From a virus (Duplodnaviria; Heunggongvirae; Uroviricota; Caudoviricetes), in IMG/VR virus record IMGVR_UViG_2827179085_000005, positions 64,001-128,000 of that record: a DNA stretch of 64,000 nucleotides. One strand, given 5' to 3'. Shown piece after piece: positions 61,756-64,000 of the stretch. Below the pieces are notes generated by a model. It saw only the letters and a program-made list of their open reading frames with translations, was not told where the DNA came from and ran no database searches. The stretch's first letter is position 1. Every line of letters begins with the position of its first letter. A program made the position numbers and the translations under genes.

Positions 61756-62199
61756 TCATTCAAGGTTGTTTCTTTTAAGAAAATCTGTATATACACTGTA
61801 CACTTCTTCATATAGTTCTTCCCTCATTTTTTCGTCTTTAACCTTCTTGTACAATTCTCCAAGAAGTTCCTTGAAACCATCATGTTCATTGATGACATTT
61901 TTGACATTACTTTGTACCGAAGGGTGTATTTTGTCCAATGTCTTAAAGAGCAAATCTTCATCTAATTTCAGAATCTGAGCTAGTTTCAATATCACTTCAT
62001 CTCTGGGCGACTTTTGACCACGCTCAACTAAGCTAATAAAATTAACAGACACGCCGCAAAATGACGATATAGACTTCAAAGTTAATTTCAATTCTTTGCG
62101 TCGTTTATTTATAAGTTCGCCAAAAATGATTCTGTTATCATTTTGCAACTGGACACCCCCTATGCAATATTGTGTCAAAATTGTAACAACTGAATACAA
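61756..62199 (-). CDS. XRE-family transcriptional regulator
   Basis: FGELINKRRKELKLTLKSISSFCGVSVNFISLVERGQKSPRDEVILKLAQIL. Confidence 0.85.
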   Translation of the reverse strand: MYSVVTILTQYCIGGVQLQNDNRIIFGELINKRRKELKLTLKSISSFCGVSVNFISLVERGQKSPRDEVILKLAQILKLDEDLLFKTLDKIHPSVQSNVKNVINEHDGFKELLGELYKKVKDEKMREELYEEVYSVYTDFLKRNNLE

Positions 62200-62511
62200 C
62201 TGTCATTTATTAAGCTTTATTGCGAAAATAGATTTGACTGGAAGATTTTATGGATTGCACATTATTATATTAGGGGCTATGATGGTGTAGCATGTTAAAC
62301 CTATGGTTTAATTTACCCGTTTCGTATTTTTTTATACGATGCATATTCCTTTGATATAGCGAAACAAGAAATTCGATAATCATAAAACGTGGTGACTGTC
62401 AACAAATTATCTTTTCCACTACGAACATTGATTATACCTCTGGTTTAAGATATAATCAACTTAGGCGGAAAAAAGCAAACAGATGTTCCTATTTATACGA
62501 ACACCACGAAA

Positions 62512-62964
62512 TTGGAGGATGAGTCAATGAGTAAAAGTATGAAAGAAGAATTATTGGAAATGGGTTTTAAAGGCGCACTATTACACAATTTACTTCAAGT
62601 CATTATTGATAATGATACGCTTCACACATTCTATAACTTCATCCTAGAGAGTGAAGGGGAGAAAATGACGAAGGTACTACTTGTACATAAATTTAATGAG
62701 TATATGCAAGACAAGAAATCATATGAGAATTGCGAAGAATTTGTTTCAGCGTTGCAAACTGCTGATACAGAAGAAGAAAAAGAAAAGGTTGTTGAAAAAC
62801 TGTTTGCACAAAGCGCAAGTCAATCAATGCTGAAAAAAGTAGTCAGTGTTTTAGAAGTTAGCTCTACCGAAGATGTTTTGAAAATGTATCAACTGATTGT
62901 GAAATGGCGAAAGATGCACAATCCGAATGAGATTTTCACTCTGTTAGAATCATTGCCCATCTAG
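62512..62964 (+). CDS. Hypothetical protein
   Basis: RBS GGAGG before MSKSMKEELL. Confidence 0.6.
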   Translation: MEDESMSKSMKEELLEMGFKGALLHNLLQVIIDNDTLHTFYNFILESEGEKMTKVLLVHKFNEYMQDKKSYENCEEFVSALQTADTEEEKEKVVEKLFAQSASQSMLKKVVSVLEVSSTEDVLKMYQLIVKWRKMHNPNEIFTLLESLPI

Positions 62965-63191
62965 TGTGTGGGTAAATATGACTAAAAGGAGGGGTATGTG
63001 ATGAGCATTGACAGCACATGATAATAGGTCGGAAGACAGTCCCGACTATTGTGTTTTACAGTTGCGAAAAAAAGTACTGAAAGGGGTTGACTATCGCCGT
63101 GAAATCACTTATACTAGTAAATGTCGAGAGGGAAGCCTTCCCATAGACGTTTTTTAAACAAGGGAGATGCCAAAGAAAGTACGGTACGTGA

Positions 63192-63220
63192 TTGACAATG
63201 AGTAAGGATGGTGATATTAT
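63192..63220 (+). promoter_or_regulatory. SigA-type promoter
   Basis: TTGACA-17-TATTAT, with an operator motif 9 bp upstream (63169-82). Confidence 0.65.
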
Positions 63221-63384
63221 CAAATAGAACCATTTGTAAGATATACAACATGATTTGCAACATGAGTAGTGAGGGGCAATAAAAACGTAAAACCTGTGAA
63301 GAACAAGTTGTACCCCTCTGAACATGAGAACATGAAGCGAGAAGATCGCTTTATGTAATCACAATTCAGGGGAGATGTTTGAGA

Positions 63385-64000
63385 ATGGGTAAAACAAACT
63401 TGGAGCAAACAAAAGGCAAAATCAAATTGGTAGGTCGTGTTAAGGGTATCAACAACGATAACTCCAAAAAAGAAGGTTTCACGAAGTCAGACAAGCAGTT
63501 CAAGTCACTTCAATTCTTCTTGGAGACATCGGCGGTAAACCAAGTTCGAGTAGAATTGTTCGGTATGGAACGCGATGAAGTAGTCGCTTATTCCAGCAAG
63601 GCGAAGCAATCGAAGAAAGTTCCTTGGAAAAACCGTAAGAATGACTTAGGTGATTACAAGGTCTTGGGAACTGGATGCTACCTTGAAGTTGACCCATCCG
63701 ATTCTAGCAAGAAATTGCGTCAAGTTTTGCCCGAATTTGATGCAGTAGATTACATCAAAGCCAATCTGAAAGATGGCGACATCGTTCGAGTGAATGGCGA
63801 AATCGACTTCCAAGAGTACGAAAACAAGCAAGGCAAGAGAGTTTCTTCTAAGAAATTCATTATCAAGTCCATCACAAAGATTGATGGAGCGCTTGACTTT
63901 AACTCTCCTGAGTTCAAAGAAGAATCGAAATTCGAGCATGAAATCGTCGTTTCTGACGTAATGCTGGATGACGAGAGCAAGCGTCTCCACGTAAATGCAA
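63385..64000 (+). CDS. OB-fold / SSB-like replication protein (partial, runs off the window)
   Basis: Hand translation MGKTNLEQTKGKIKLVGRVKG...LKDGDIVRVNGEIDFQEYENKQGKRVSSKKFIIKSI; RBS GGGGAG; open to the window end. Confidence 0.6.
   Translation, partial: MGKTNLEQTKGKIKLVGRVKGINNDNSKKEGFTKSDKQFKSLQFFLETSAVNQVRVELFGMERDEVVAYSSKAKQSKKVPWKNRKNDLGDYKVLGTGCYLEVDPSDSSKKLRQVLPEFDAVDYIKANLKDGDIVRVNGEIDFQEYENKQGKRVSSKKFIIKSITKIDGALDFNSPEFKEESKFEHEIVVSDVMLDDESKRLHVNA

Larger units (their letters stand above)
22721..63182. repeat. Dispersed 14-bp operator-like motif GCCNAAGAAAGTAC (9 copies)
   Basis: Copies at 22721(-), 31689(-), 32908(-), 35283(-), 36660(+), 37620(-), 43077(-), 43621(+) and 63169(+). 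Confidence 0.75.

Noticed and set aside
43000-62000. Arbitrium aimR/aimP/aimX
   Set aside because: No roughly 380-aa TPR protein with an adjacent short signal-peptide propeptide was found; the one signal-peptide protein (44831) is too long and lacks that context.
1-64000. tRNA or rRNA genes
   Set aside because: No cloverleaf with T-loop (GTTCRA) and D-loop signatures was recognised by eye; a tRNAscan-SE run would be needed to exclude them fully.

Overview
This is a 64 kb segment of a large SPbeta-like (Bacillota-infecting) temperate siphophage or prophage. Positions 1-35243 (minus strand) hold the virion morphogenesis module: tail tip, Dit, tape measure, major tail, head-tail, capsid, protease/scaffold, portal and terminase genes, plus HU, a YonJ/YonK-like pair and a RecD2 helicase. 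Positions 35.4-42 kb hold a tyrosine recombinase, a wHTH protein with an inverted-repeat AT-rich site, a ParM/ParR-like partition pair and a Rep-like gene, which suggests plasmid-type maintenance. Positions 43.1-58.3 kb are the most unusual part. A sigma-factor-like gene is followed by about 35 small plus-strand genes, and 24 of the junctions carry the same bipartite element (GTG[T/G]G core, then TGTACAA starting exactly 20 nt later). Inside the array is a triple-hairpin non-coding unit whose loops are complementary to the leaders of the array genes and of the sigma-like gene. Positions 58.4-64 kb carry a DUF262/ParB-like gene, an MrpR (YopR)-like repressor, an XRE regulator and the start of an OB-fold replication gene. 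A 14-bp operator-like motif (GCCNAAGAAAGTAC) occurs 9 times, mostly at promoters. At least 16 apparent frameshifts are each explained by one missing base in an A/T homopolymer, so most split genes (including the tape measure) are probably sequencing artefacts rather than pseudogenes. All calls come from reading the sequence; no searches were run.
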